Below are positions 45,550 to 46,056 of a stretch of DNA of 46,056 bases, in pieces. Numbering within the stretch: the stretch's first letter is position 1; each line of letters opens with the position of its first letter. Source of the stretch: Ruminococcaceae bacterium UBA1772 (GTDB lineage: Bacteria; Bacillota; Clostridia; Oscillospirales; Acutalibacteraceae); assembly GCA_002314645.1 (NCBI GenBank), contig DCGS01000043.1:1-46056 (forward strand), read 5' to 3'. Below the pieces are notes generated by a model. It did no database searches. It saw only the letters and a list, made by a program, of their open reading frames with translations, and was not told the DNA's origin. The position numbers were made by a program, and so were the translations under genes.

Positions 45550-45836
45550 TGACTGAGTTTGAAAAAAGTGTGTACGAGGTTGTAAAAACAATTCCATATG
45601 GAGAAGTTAGAACCTACGCAGACATAGGCACAGCACTTGGAAATCCAAAGCTTGCAAGGGCCATTGGAAATGCGCTACATAAAAATCCAGATCCAGATGG
45701 CACACCATGCTTTAGAGTGGTTCACTCAGATGGAAGCCTCTGCCCAGCTTTTGCCTTTGGTGGAATAGATGCACAAAAAGCACTTCTTGAAGCAGAAGGA
45801 GTTACAATAAAAGATAACAAGGTGGTTCTAGGATGA
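45549..45836 (+). CDS. MGMT/ATL-family (COG3695-like) single-domain alkylated-DNA binding protein, PCFRV variant
   Basis: 95 aa. IPYGEVRTYADIGTALGNPKLARAIGNAL...TPCFRVVHSDGSL. TAATG overlap with nudC. Confidence 0.75.
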   Translation: MTEFEKSVYEVVKTIPYGEVRTYADIGTALGNPKLARAIGNALHKNPDPDGTPCFRVVHSDGSLCPAFAFGGIDAQKALLEAEGVTIKDNKVVLG

Positions 45837-46056
45837 CTGATATTCAAAAAGGACTCTTTGAGTTACAGGATAAAGAATATAGAGAATTCCACGCAAAACT
45901 TGTTCCTACAATAGACAAGGAAACCATAATTGGAATTAGAGTTCCAATCCTTCGTAAGTTTACTAAAACCTACTATAAAGAACACAAAGAGGAATGTAAT
46001 GAATTCATAAACAAACTTCCTCATAAGTACTTTGAAGAAAACAACTTCCACGCTTT
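45833..46056 (+). CDS. DNA alkylation repair protein (AlkD-like HEAT-repeat family), N-terminal part; runs off the window end
   Basis: Manual translation: MTDIQKGLFELQDKEYREFHAKLVPTIDKETIIGIRVPILRKFTK... ATGA overlap with the previous gene. Confidence 0.65.
   Translation, partial: MTDIQKGLFELQDKEYREFHAKLVPTIDKETIIGIRVPILRKFTKTYYKEHKEECNEFINKLPHKYFEENNFHA

Noticed and set aside
1-46056. Whether the window is a mobile or defence island (integrase, transposase, CRISPR, restriction or abortive-infection genes, flanking repeats, tRNA target)
   Set aside because: None of these were seen. Gene content is housekeeping (dcw, pheST, rpmE, acpS), composition looks uniform, and the only toxin-like gene (mazF) sits in its conserved chromosomal neighbourhood.

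Overview
Densely coding 46-kb chromosomal segment from a low-GC Firmicute, probably a Clostridia-type genome. This is judged from gene content, GGAGG-type ribosome-binding sites and a T-box leader. I found no rRNA, tRNA, CRISPR array, transposase or integrase, so it reads as core chromosome rather than an island.

Gene order, left to right:
- A minus-strand block: tmk-like kinase, DUF2156 protein, GNAT, DJ-1, mltG, U32 peptidase, dGTPase (partial).
- acpS-nnr, followed by a solitary mazF.
- T-box-controlled pheST, then ireB and a small unknown gene.
- A MacA/MacB-like adaptor and permease pair with no ATPase gene.
- A lipoprotein gene, yigZ and rpmE.
- A compact dcw cluster: mraZ-rsmH-ftsL-pbp-murF-mraY-ftsW-murG-murA-divIB-ftsZ.
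- A membrane pyrophosphatase gene (hppA).
- Two head-to-head paralogous GGDEF(degenerate)-EAL genes with long C-terminal PAS-like repeat extensions.
- An mscL / LarC-N::CsoR-like fusion / CaCA antiporter operon.
- A peroxide and alkylation stress locus: gpx-TSCPD, divergent from ohrR-nudC-atl/mgmt-alkD.

The most unusual item is the 396-aa ORF at 41024..42214. It joins a His-rich LarC N-terminal (DUF111) nickel-binding domain to a CsoR/RcnR-family fold that lacks both canonical Cys ligands. It sits between mscL and a cation antiporter, with no lar genes nearby. Next in interest are the EAL proteins with post-EAL PAS-like arrays, the antitoxin-less mazF, and the twin OhrR-type operators that each overlap the -10 of a divergent promoter.

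All calls rest on reading the translated ORFs and the DNA by eye. No database search was run.
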